Source of the DNA: Planctomycetota bacterium
GTDB taxonomy: Bacteria; Planctomycetota; Brocadiia; JAADGH01
NCBI GenBank assembly: GCA_040755855.1
Contig: JBFMAD010000005.1
Span: 64,001-128,000, forward strand
Reading direction: 5' to 3'
DNA: 64,000 nt
Within the stretch, counting starts at the first letter, position 1. Every line of letters begins with the position of its first letter. The notes under the pieces are model-generated. The model searched no databases and was not told the origin of the DNA. It saw only the letters and a program-made list of their open reading frames with translations. A program made the translations under genes and the position numbers. Of the stretch, positions 9,769-18,425 are shown one piece after another.

Positions 9769-10812
9769 GTGGCAATACGCCAGATACTCGGCCTCATCAA
9801 GCTTTTCGGGTTCAGACGGCTCTGGCAGATGTACCGGCGTCACGAGGAGGCCCTACCCTATGTCCGGGGCTATTGTACGTCGGCCGTCCTCTGGGCGCTC
9901 CTCAAAACCGGCGTCCTCGACGAGATGAAAAAAAACGGCCCCGTGGACCTCGAAGCCTTTGCAGACACACACCACCTGAACCCATACGTCCTCGAAACGA
10001 TTTGCGAATACTTGGACGGCATCCGCGTCCTGAAGACGGCCAACGGTGCGTATGAGCTGGACGCCCGCGGACGCCGCTTTATGGAGGAACCCCGCGGCCT
10101 CTTCGACCTCCTGGCCGGATACGAAGAGGTACTCTTCCACCTCCTACCCATGCTGCGCAACGAAAAGATTTTCGGCAAGGATGTCTTCCGCCGCGGCGAC
10201 ATGGTGGCCAAGGGCAGCGGCGAACTCGGACGGCAGCTTCCCTTCCCCGTCCTCCAGGACATGATCCGGGGGCGCGGCTACCGGAGTGTAATGGACCTCG
10301 GCTGCGGCGACGCGGAGTTCCTTATCATCCTCTGCGAGAAGGACCCGAATATCCAATGCCACGGCTTCGACTATGACGAGAAGGCGGTCCACGTTGCGAA
10401 GGAAGAGATACAAAAGGCGAATATGAACAGCCGCGTCTCTGTCTTTGTCGGCGACATGTTCGACCTGCAGAAGGGCAGGAACGAATGGCCCGCGGTGGAC
10501 GCCTTCACCGCCGTGGATGTCTTTCACGAGTATCTCTTTGAAGGGCCGGAAAAGATCGCCGCGCTCCTGAAGCAGATGAAAGAAACGTTCCCCGAGACGC
10601 ACCTTCTCGTGGCGGAGTTCTGCAAGCAGCCGCACGAGAAGCTGCGCAAGCGCCCCACGGCCTTCCTGGAGCACCATCTGCTGCACAACCTGACGAACCA
10701 GAAGATACTGAGCGCTTCCGAATGGGAAGGTCTCTTCGAGGGGGCGGGATATGTCATTGATGAGAAGCGGATTTTTGATATGGTAGGGCACGGGTACTAC
10801 GCGCTTCGCTGA
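9769..10812 (+). CDS. Class I SAM-dependent methyltransferase with an N-terminal HTH-like dimerisation domain
   Basis: VMDLGCGDA, GFDYD, VGDMF, DVFHE; O-/C-methyltransferase architecture. Confidence 0.85.
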   Translation: MAIRQILGLIKLFGFRRLWQMYRRHEEALPYVRGYCTSAVLWALLKTGVLDEMKKNGPVDLEAFADTHHLNPYVLETICEYLDGIRVLKTANGAYELDARGRRFMEEPRGLFDLLAGYEEVLFHLLPMLRNEKIFGKDVFRRGDMVAKGSGELGRQLPFPVLQDMIRGRGYRSVMDLGCGDAEFLIILCEKDPNIQCHGFDYDEKAVHVAKEEIQKANMNSRVSVFVGDMFDLQKGRNEWPAVDAFTAVDVFHEYLFEGPEKIAALLKQMKETFPETHLLVAEFCKQPHEKLRKRPTAFLEHHLLHNLTNQKILSASEWEGLFEGAGYVIDEKRIFDMVGHGYYALR

Positions 10813-10824
10813 GGGCAGGGCCTG

Positions 10825-11931
10825 GTGTCGAATCGAGCGATTGTCTGCAACGCCTCCTACGCGAACAAGGACCGGCTGCAGGGAGTGATTTCGGACATCC
10901 TGAACGCCTTCGCTCTCGATGTGCAGGGGCGTTCGGTGCTGGTCAAGCCGAATATCCTCGGCCCCTTCGAGGCGGAGCGCGGGATCACGACGCACCCCGC
11001 CGTCGTTCACGCGATCGTGGCCGAGGTAACGCGGCAGGGGGGGCGGGTGATGGTGGGGGACAACCCGGGAATCTATAGCAAAGGCTCGAACATCCGATGC
11101 GCCATGACGTGTGGCATCTACGAGGTCTGCGCGGAGGTGTTCACGAACCTTGGCGAGCGTCCGACGGAGGTCGAGACCAGGTCTAAGTATGCGAAGCGGT
11201 TCCTGGTTTCGGAGCCAATCTTGGAGGCAGACCTCGTCATATCGCTTGCGAAGTTCAAGACGCACCTGCTGACGGGGATCACGGGGGCGGTAAAGAATAC
11301 ATACGGCTATCTGGTGGGGGCGCAGAAGTCGAGGCTGCATAGCGCGGCGCGGACGAACGAGGAGTTCAGCGAGGCCGTGGTGGATGTGTATCAGGTGCGG
11401 CCGCCCGACTTCGCCCTCATTGACGGCGTGGTCGGCATGGAGGGCATGGGGCCGTCGGGGGGCAGGCTTCGCGATGTTGGCAAGATCATCGGGAGCGACA
11501 ATTGTGTCGTCGCCGATGCGGCGATGACTCTGATGATGGGGGCGGACTCGCAGGGCATCGCGCATCTGAACGCGGCGAAGCGGCGGGGGCTGGGAGAGAA
11601 CGACCCGAAAAAGATCGAGATCGAGGGGGACTTCGAGGTAGTTCCCCATTATAGGATGCCGTCGCCCATCTTCCGCAGTTGGCTTCTCACGGCCATCAGC
11701 CGGGCCTACACCCGGATCGTAGTGAAGCAGCCGAGGCTGCGGAAGGAGCGGTGTCGGCGGTGCGGTCTCTGCGCAACGGCCTGTCCGGCGGAGGCGATTT
11801 CGCTGGCGCCGTATCCGGTCTTCGATCGGACGAAATGTTTTTCTTGCTTTTGCTGCCATGAATATTGTAAGGAGAAGGCGATTGACGTGGTGAAAACCAT
11901 TCGCCTCTCCCGTTGGTTCAGGAGAGAATAG
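10825..11931 (+). CDS. DUF362-family protein with a C-terminal 2x[4Fe-4S] ferredoxin domain
   Basis: VLVKPN, TTHP, KFKTH...TGAVKNTYG, DGVVGMEG; CRRCGLCATACP and CFSCFCCHEYCK. Confidence 0.85.
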   Translation: MSNRAIVCNASYANKDRLQGVISDILNAFALDVQGRSVLVKPNILGPFEAERGITTHPAVVHAIVAEVTRQGGRVMVGDNPGIYSKGSNIRCAMTCGIYEVCAEVFTNLGERPTEVETRSKYAKRFLVSEPILEADLVISLAKFKTHLLTGITGAVKNTYGYLVGAQKSRLHSAARTNEEFSEAVVDVYQVRPPDFALIDGVVGMEGMGPSGGRLRDVGKIIGSDNCVVADAAMTLMMGADSQGIAHLNAAKRRGLGENDPKKIEIEGDFEVVPHYRMPSPIFRSWLLTAISRAYTRIVVKQPRLRKERCRRCGLCATACPAEAISLAPYPVFDRTKCFSCFCCHEYCKEKAIDVVKTIRLSRWFRRE

Positions 11932-11965
11932 TCAGGACTATAGGACACGTTTGAGGGAGAAGAGT

Positions 11966-12775
11966 ATGGGAAATGCGAAGAGGAAGATGTGTTGGGGATT
12001 GATGGCTATTGTAACCGGGGCGCTGTTGGTAGTCGCGTCCGGAGGCGCTTCGGCGGCGGACCCGGACCCGATGAAGCTCCTCTACGAATGTAAGGCGGCC
12101 TGTGAGAAGATCAAGGATTACACAGCCGTTTTCTCCAAACAGGAGCAGGTGAAGGGCGAACTCAAGCCGAAGGAGACGATGGAGATGAAGTTCCGGGCCA
12201 GGCCCTTCAGCGTTTACATGCTCTGGCAGAATCCCCACAAGGGCCGCGAGGTCATCTACCATGAAGGGAAATACAACAACCATGTGGTCGGCCACCAGCG
12301 TGTCGGCTTCCTGAATTTCAGCAAACGCACCGACCCGACCAGCCCGGAGGCGCTGGAGCACAGCCCGAGGCCCATCACCCAGGCCGGATTCCTGAACACC
12401 ATCAATGTGATCATCGAAAAAACCGAGCTCGCCAAGAAGAACAACGAAATGCTCATCAGTTACCTTGGGACCGAAGTCTGGGACAATCGCCCCGTGCATG
12501 TCGTCTGCCGCAGCTTCACTTGGCCGCGGCCGGAGTACCCGGTTTACATCGGCATCTTTTATATTGACAAGGAACACATGGTTCCTGTCAAGGTGGCCGG
12601 ATATGACTGGGACCACCAACTCACCGGCCTCTACACCTACAGCACCGTCAAGCTCAATGTAGGACTGGCCGACAAGGACTTTGACATCGAAAATGAGAAG
12701 TATGACTTCCCGAAGGAACTATTCAAAGACTTTAAGCTCCCCCTCTGGCCCTTTGGGGACAAGAAGAAGCAGTAG
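11966..12775 (+). CDS. Exported DUF1571-like protein
   Basis: Signal peptide ending ASAA; DYTAVFSKQEQV, KFRARPFSVYMLW, GREVIY, RPITQAG, YTYSTVKLNVGL. Start placed at ATG 11966 (ORF track uses TTG 11951). Confidence 0.7.
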   Translation: MGNAKRKMCWGLMAIVTGALLVVASGGASAADPDPMKLLYECKAACEKIKDYTAVFSKQEQVKGELKPKETMEMKFRARPFSVYMLWQNPHKGREVIYHEGKYNNHVVGHQRVGFLNFSKRTDPTSPEALEHSPRPITQAGFLNTINVIIEKTELAKKNNEMLISYLGTEVWDNRPVHVVCRSFTWPRPEYPVYIGIFYIDKEHMVPVKVAGYDWDHQLTGLYTYSTVKLNVGLADKDFDIENEKYDFPKELFKDFKLPLWPFGDKKKQ

Positions 12776-12858
12776 GCTCCTTTCCTGCAGTTGAAGGCGT
12801 TCCAGGCGGGGCGAGAGTTCCTCCTCGCCCCGCTTGTTTTCCGAACAGAAGGTCCCGG

Positions 12859-13989
12859 ATGAAACTGGCGGGATTCCATCTCTATCACATCCAAATTCCC
12901 TTCAAAATCCGCTTCGGCCATGCCGGCGCGAGTCGGGACTGCTCCGACAGCATCGTCGTGCGCCTGGCCGCCGCCGACGGCGCCGTCGGCCTCGGAGAGG
13001 GCGCGCCGCGGGAATACGTCACCGGCGAGACATCGGACACCGCCCTTCGGGAGATCGAATCCGCCGCCCACGCCATCGCCGGCGGGCTGGCCTCCCCGGA
13101 TGCGCTGAATTTCATCCGACGCCGTCTGCCCGACCTCGTGAAGGGCAACGCCGCCCGTTGCGCTGTAGAGATGGCGGCCCTCGACCTCCTCAGCAGGTCC
13201 GTAGGCAAATCCATCCCCGATCTCCTGGGGCGAGCGCCCGTCCCCGGCTTCCGCCCCCGTTACAGCGGCGTTATCGGGGTGGGGCGAGGGTGGAAAACCG
13301 CCTGGTCTGCCCTCAAGATGTGGATCTATGGATTCCGCGATGTAAAGATCAAGGTCGGCATCTCCCTCGATCAGGACGTGGCAACGGCGAAAACGGCCCG
13401 CATGATCCTCGGCCGAGCCATTGATCTCCGCGCCGATGCCAACGGCGCATGGACCCTCGACGAGGCCGAAGTTGTGCTGCAAGCCCTCTCGCCCTTCGGC
13501 ATCTCCTGCATCGAACAGCCCCTCCCGCCGGAGCAGGACGATGATCTGCCCCGCCTTCGGGAAAAGACGCCTGCGCCGATCATGCTCGACGAGTCGCTCT
13601 GCACCATGAACGACGCCCGGCGCGCCGTCGAACGGGGCGCGTGCGATATGTTCAACATCCGTCTCTCGAAGTGCGGCGGATTGCTTGCATCGCTCGATAT
13701 CGCCGACTATGCGGCCCGAAACGGGATCAAATGCCAGTTGGGGTGCCAGGTCGGCGAGACGGGCATCCTATCCGCCGCGGGCCGCCTCTTCAGCTCCCTC
13801 GTCCCGGACCTCATCCACCTGGAGGGGTCCTACGAGCGCCACCTCCTCGCGGAGGACATCACCAACGAGCGCGTCCGTTTCGGCTACGGCGGCTGGGCGG
13901 ACCTTCTCCCCGGCCTCGGTCTCGGCATCTCCGTCGCTGAAAATGCCTTGAAGAAACATGTGAGGCGGGTCTTGGAAGTAAAATGGTGA
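12859..13989 (+). CDS. Enolase-superfamily enzyme (muconate cycloisomerase/dipeptide epimerase-like)
   Basis: GLGE, KIKVG, DAN, EQP, DES, NIRLSKCGG, GCQVGE, PGLG. Confidence 0.88.
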   Translation: MKLAGFHLYHIQIPFKIRFGHAGASRDCSDSIVVRLAAADGAVGLGEGAPREYVTGETSDTALREIESAAHAIAGGLASPDALNFIRRRLPDLVKGNAARCAVEMAALDLLSRSVGKSIPDLLGRAPVPGFRPRYSGVIGVGRGWKTAWSALKMWIYGFRDVKIKVGISLDQDVATAKTARMILGRAIDLRADANGAWTLDEAEVVLQALSPFGISCIEQPLPPEQDDDLPRLREKTPAPIMLDESLCTMNDARRAVERGACDMFNIRLSKCGGLLASLDIADYAARNGIKCQLGCQVGETGILSAAGRLFSSLVPDLIHLEGSYERHLLAEDITNERVRFGYGGWADLLPGLGLGISVAENALKKHVRRVLEVKW

Positions 13990-14819
13990 CGATGGAGATC
14001 GGAAACTACACCGCATCCGACGGGAAAATCCTTCGCTTCCGCGAGTGGCGGCCGGAGGCGTATGGCTCCATCGTCGTGAACGTCCACGGTATCCAGAGCC
14101 ACAGCGGCTGGTTCGTGGGATCGTGCGAACACCTCGCAAAGAACGGTGCGAGGGTGGTATCCATTGACCGCCGGGGATCGGGGCTGAATGAAGAGAAGCG
14201 CGGCCACACGCCAAGCGGGAGGCAATTGGTTGAGGACCTACAAGCGATCATCGAGGAGCTCCGAAGGGATGCGCCGGGCAAGAAGCTCCACCTCCTCGGT
14301 GTCTGCTGGGGGGGCAAGCCGGCCGCTATCCTTGCCGGTCTGCGGCCGGATCTGGTGGATTCTCTCATCCTCTCCTCGCCGGGCCTGGCGGCCAAGGTGC
14401 GGCCGACGGCGCTGGAATGTGCGCTGATCGGGATTTGCTCTTTGGCGTGGCCCGGACGACTGTTCCGGATTCCCATCGAACGGGCCGAGATGTTCACGGC
14501 CAATCCCGACCGAATCGCCTTCATCAACAGCGACCTGATGCGCCTCGACCGCGCCACGGCGCGGCTCATGGCGGAGAGCAAACGACTCGACTGGCTTCTG
14601 GCGAAAGTCGCCCCAGACATCCAGGCGCCCGCCCTGCTCCTCCTCTCGGGGTGCGACGAGATAGTGGACAACGAGGGGAACCGGCGCATCTTCGACCGAT
14701 TCGGTTCCACGGAGAAGCGGATCGAACTGTTCGACGAGGCGCGTCACATGCTCGAATTCGAGCCGAACGCATCGCGGTACTTTGAGACGTTGGCGAGATG
14801 GATCAGAGAACTTTCTTGA
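13983..14819 (+). CDS. Lysophospholipase-like alpha/beta hydrolase with Cys at the nucleophile position
   Basis: HGIQSH, DRRGSG, GVCWGG, DEIVD, ARHML. Confidence 0.82.
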   Translation: MVTMEIGNYTASDGKILRFREWRPEAYGSIVVNVHGIQSHSGWFVGSCEHLAKNGARVVSIDRRGSGLNEEKRGHTPSGRQLVEDLQAIIEELRRDAPGKKLHLLGVCWGGKPAAILAGLRPDLVDSLILSSPGLAAKVRPTALECALIGICSLAWPGRLFRIPIERAEMFTANPDRIAFINSDLMRLDRATARLMAESKRLDWLLAKVAPDIQAPALLLLSGCDEIVDNEGNRRIFDRFGSTEKRIELFDEARHMLEFEPNASRYFETLARWIRELS

Positions 14820-15961
14820 GCAGGTTCTGCCTTTTCATTCTTATCCTTGACCTGTCGGGCTGTTTGCTCAAGAGGGAAGGGACCGTCCAGGTCCCCCTCC
14901 TCCCACGGGGCAAGGAGAACGAGACGCACTTTGCGAAGACGGAGGACGGTTGGGAGATCGCCCTGCGCCGCTTCCGACCGGAGACGCTGAGTAACGACCG
15001 CATCCCGGTCATCCTCTGCCACGGCCTGGGCTATAATGGCCGATTCTGGGACTTGGACACCGAGCACGATTTTCCCTCCTACCTCCGCGACGCGGGCTAT
15101 GACACCTGGGTGGTGGACCTGCGCGGCGCGGGCCAGAGCGCCAAACCAGCCTGGCAATTCGCCCGCCTCCCGGAACTCGAGCCCGCCAAGCTGACTCGAA
15201 TGAAGCTGGACGATCCCGACTGGTGCGCCGACGAGCACATCCGCTATGACGTCCCCGCCGCCATTGACCTCGTCCGCAGGGAAACCGGCCGCGACAAAGT
15301 CGCCTGGGTGGGGCACAGCCTCGGGGGCATGATTATGTTCGGCCACATCGAGCGCTTCGGCGACGACAAGGTCCAATGCGTCGCGACGATCGGCTCGCCC
15401 CTCATCATCCCACGCCCCCCAAACAACATCGTCCGCGACATCCCCGGCTTCCGGGGGCTGATGAAGATGGTCAACAACCGATGGCAGGCCATCGCCGGCG
15501 CGGCCACGCTGAGCCAGATCAAGTCGCCCGTTGACACCCTCTTCTACAACGACGACAACGTCGCTTTCCCCGTCATCATGGGCCTCTACCTCCACGCGAC
15601 GGAGGATGTTCCCTCGAAGCTCATCGAGCAAACCCTCCTCCTCGCCGAGACCGGCGAGTTCAAGGCCATGGATGGCTCGTTTAATTACACCGCCGAGATT
15701 CCCCGCGTTAAAACACCTATCCTCCTCGTCGCCGGCAAGGTGGACAATCTGGGCGACTGCGAGGGCGTGCGTGAAGCGTATAACCGCGTCTCATCCCCCG
15801 ACAAAACCTTTCGCCTTTTTGGCCTTGCCAACGGCGATTCCATTGACTATGGTCATGACGATCTGGTCATCGGAAAACATGCCCCCAAGGAGGTCTTCCC
15901 ATTCATTCGGAACTGGCTGGACAAGAGAACACTGGTCGCAAGCGCCTGCTCCCCGAAGTAG
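14798..15961 (+). CDS. Alpha/beta hydrolase/acyltransferase, probable lipoprotein
   Basis: LSGC lipobox-like motif; LCHGLG, DLRGAG, GHSLGG, GKVD, YGHDD. Confidence 0.8.
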   Translation: MDQRTFLSRFCLFILILDLSGCLLKREGTVQVPLLPRGKENETHFAKTEDGWEIALRRFRPETLSNDRIPVILCHGLGYNGRFWDLDTEHDFPSYLRDAGYDTWVVDLRGAGQSAKPAWQFARLPELEPAKLTRMKLDDPDWCADEHIRYDVPAAIDLVRRETGRDKVAWVGHSLGGMIMFGHIERFGDDKVQCVATIGSPLIIPRPPNNIVRDIPGFRGLMKMVNNRWQAIAGAATLSQIKSPVDTLFYNDDNVAFPVIMGLYLHATEDVPSKLIEQTLLLAETGEFKAMDGSFNYTAEIPRVKTPILLVAGKVDNLGDCEGVREAYNRVSSPDKTFRLFGLANGDSIDYGHDDLVIGKHAPKEVFPFIRNWLDKRTLVASACSPK

Positions 15962-15978
15962 AGGCGTTCCTTGACTAC

Positions 15979-16836
15979 TTGCTCGTCGAGTGCGGCCTGG
16001 CTGAGAACACCTTGAGGGCCTACGGCGCGGACCTGAAGAAGTTTGTCGCGTTCCTACTCGCCAAGGGCCGGTCCATCCACAGCGCCACGCGGGACCACTT
16101 CGTCCAGTTCATGATGGAACAAAAGGGCCAGGGCCTGGCCGTCAGCTCCATCGCCCGATACCTCGTGGCTATCAAGATGTTCTACCGCTTCCTCTACACC
16201 GAGGGCCAGATCAAGAAGGACGTGACGTCCACCTTCGAGACCCCGCGCATCTGGTCGCGCCTGCCGGAGGTCCTCAGCCCCCGCGACGTGGACCGCCTGA
16301 TGGCGGCCCCCGACCGCGCCGTCCCTCTCGGCATGCGCGACGCCGCCCTGCTGGAGATGCTCTACGCCACCGGCGCCCGCGTCTCCGAGGTGGCCCGGAT
16401 GCGCCTGCAGGACGTGAACCTCGAATATGGATATGTCCGATGCTTCGGCAAGGGATCGAAGGAACGTATCGTCCCGCTCGGCGAGGCGGCGGTCCAGTGC
16501 GTGAAAATCTACCGGGATACGATCCGTTCGAACCTCCTGCCGAAAAAGGGGCCGGTTTGCGATGTCCTCTTCCTGTCAAAAAAAAGAACGCCCCTCCGGA
16601 GGGAGACGATCTGGAAGATCGTGAAAAAATATGTCCGTCAGTTCGGCCTGCGCGCGGCCGTGTCGCCCCACACGCTCCGCCACTCCTTCGCCACCCATCT
16701 CCTGGAGCGCGGGGCCGACCTGCGTTCCGTCCAGGAAATGCTGGGGCATGTGGACATTGCCACCACGCAACGCTATACTCATGTGGACCAGGAACGGCTT
16801 AAGTCTGTTCACAAACAATATCACCCGCGGGGATAG
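15979..16836 (+). CDS. xerD: Tyrosine recombinase XerD (true start probably upstream)
   Basis: ENTLRAYGADL, RDAALLEMLYATGARVSE, GKGSKER, HTLRHSFATHLL, VQEMLGH, TTQRY, HPR. Confidence 0.9.
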   Translation: MLVECGLAENTLRAYGADLKKFVAFLLAKGRSIHSATRDHFVQFMMEQKGQGLAVSSIARYLVAIKMFYRFLYTEGQIKKDVTSTFETPRIWSRLPEVLSPRDVDRLMAAPDRAVPLGMRDAALLEMLYATGARVSEVARMRLQDVNLEYGYVRCFGKGSKERIVPLGEAAVQCVKIYRDTIRSNLLPKKGPVCDVLFLSKKRTPLRRETIWKIVKKYVRQFGLRAAVSPHTLRHSFATHLLERGADLRSVQEMLGHVDIATTQRYTHVDQERLKSVHKQYHPRG

Positions 16837-16858
16837 TCGCGCTTAAAGGCGGTAAACT

Positions 16859-18391
16859 ATGAAGAAGAACTGTTGGGAATACAAAGGCTGCGGGCGAGGG
16901 CCGGGCGGCGGCAAATCCTGCTCCGCCGGGTCAACCACCGCCTGCGACGGCATCAACTCCGGTCGCAACGCGGGGCGAATCTGCTGGAGCATCGCGGGGA
17001 CGCTATCCGGCGCCCCTTCCGACTGCCGCTTCGCGCAGGGCCAGATCACCTGCCTTGACTGCGATTTCTATCAACTTGTCGCGCAGGAGGAGGGCGGCGC
17101 GTTCCAGCATGTCCTCCTTGGTCGGGAAGCGGCCAGCCGTGAAGAACTCCAGAAAAAGCTATTCGAAGTCCAACGCCTCCTCCACATCGGCTATAAGTTG
17201 CTGATGGACGTGGACTTGGACGAGGTGCTCAAGAACATTGTCGCCGAGGCGTGCAGCGTGATGAACGCTGAGCGGGGCACAGTTTACATCATTGACGAAG
17301 CCAGCCATTCCTTGCGGTCGAGGGTCATCAAGTCCGCCGAACTTAGCGAGGTCATTGTCCCCATTGACGACACAAGCATCGCCGGCTACGTAGCCAACAA
17401 CGGGACCACCGTCAACATCAAGGATGCCTACGAGGACCTCAGCGCCGTGTCCCACAAGATTCGGTTCAACCGCGCCTTCGACCAGGCCAGCGGCTTCCGA
17501 ACGCGATCGGTCCTTGCCGTGCCCATCCGCGTCGGCGGCGGCCTCACCGGCGTCATCCAGGTCCTGAACAAGCGCGACGGCGCATTCACGCCGGAGGACG
17601 AGTGGTTCCTCTGCCGCTTCGCTACGGAGGCCGGCCTGGCGCTCAACCACGCGAGGCTGTTCGATGACATCCGCACCCTCAAGGAACTGGACAAGATGAA
17701 ATCGGAGTTTGTGGACATGTTCACCCACGAGCTCAAGTCCCCCCTGGCCACCATTCAGACCACGCTGGACATTCTTCTGCGCCCCGATGTCAAACTGACC
17801 GAGGAAAAGCGACGGGAGTTTATCGCCCGCATGAGGGATCGGACGGCGCGGCTCGGCGAACTCATCAAGGACCTGATGGAGCTGAGCAAGATCAAGCGCG
17901 GCGCCGCGCTCGGGGATGTGGCGCCCCGATCCGTACGGGACGTGCTGGGCAAGGTGACTAACGGACTCCGCACCGCCGCGGAACATAAGCGTATCGCCCT
18001 TGACGTGTCGCTGCCCGACGCCGATCCCCTCGTGCGCGCCGACGAACAGACCCTGAGGCTGATCATCTCCAATCTGATCGGCAATGCGATCAAGTATTCG
18101 CCGGAGGGGAGGCCCGTCGGCGTGCGCCTTGCGGCGCGGCCATCCGAAGTCCTTGTGAGCGTGGCCGATCGGGGGATCGGCATCCCGGAGGCTGAGCAGG
18201 ACAAGTTGTTTGGCGAGTTCTTCCGTGCGTCGAACGCAAAACGATCCGGGATCGAGGGGACCGGTCTTGGACTTGCAGGCGTAAAGCAGTTGGTCGAGCG
18301 CTTCGGGGGCGACATCTGGTTCAAGAGCAAGGAGAACGAGGGGACGACCTTCTTCGTACGCTTTCCCCGAGCCGCTCCGCCGGGCGACTGA
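16859..18391 (+). CDS. Sensor histidine kinase: Cys-rich two-CW-type N-terminal domain, GAF, HisKA, HATPase
   Basis: NCWEYKGC...ICW...CLDCDFY; GAF motifs (FNRAFD..SGFRTRS, NKRDG.F); THELKSPL, NLIGNAIKY, DRGIG, GTGLGL. Confidence 0.9.
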   Translation: MKKNCWEYKGCGRGPGGGKSCSAGSTTACDGINSGRNAGRICWSIAGTLSGAPSDCRFAQGQITCLDCDFYQLVAQEEGGAFQHVLLGREAASREELQKKLFEVQRLLHIGYKLLMDVDLDEVLKNIVAEACSVMNAERGTVYIIDEASHSLRSRVIKSAELSEVIVPIDDTSIAGYVANNGTTVNIKDAYEDLSAVSHKIRFNRAFDQASGFRTRSVLAVPIRVGGGLTGVIQVLNKRDGAFTPEDEWFLCRFATEAGLALNHARLFDDIRTLKELDKMKSEFVDMFTHELKSPLATIQTTLDILLRPDVKLTEEKRREFIARMRDRTARLGELIKDLMELSKIKRGAALGDVAPRSVRDVLGKVTNGLRTAAEHKRIALDVSLPDADPLVRADEQTLRLIISNLIGNAIKYSPEGRPVGVRLAARPSEVLVSVADRGIGIPEAEQDKLFGEFFRASNAKRSGIEGTGLGLAGVKQLVERFGGDIWFKSKENEGTTFFVRFPRAAPPGD

Positions 18392-18425
18392 TTTTTTTCA
18401 CATGCTGTATATCGAGGAATTAAAG

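Noticed and set aside
5090..11859. Long antisense ORFs (e.g. 5090-6721, 10144-11859; also 30520-31713, 35672-37201, 54857-56053)
   Set aside because: These are shadow frames of GC-rich genes on the opposite strand, with no recognisable motifs.
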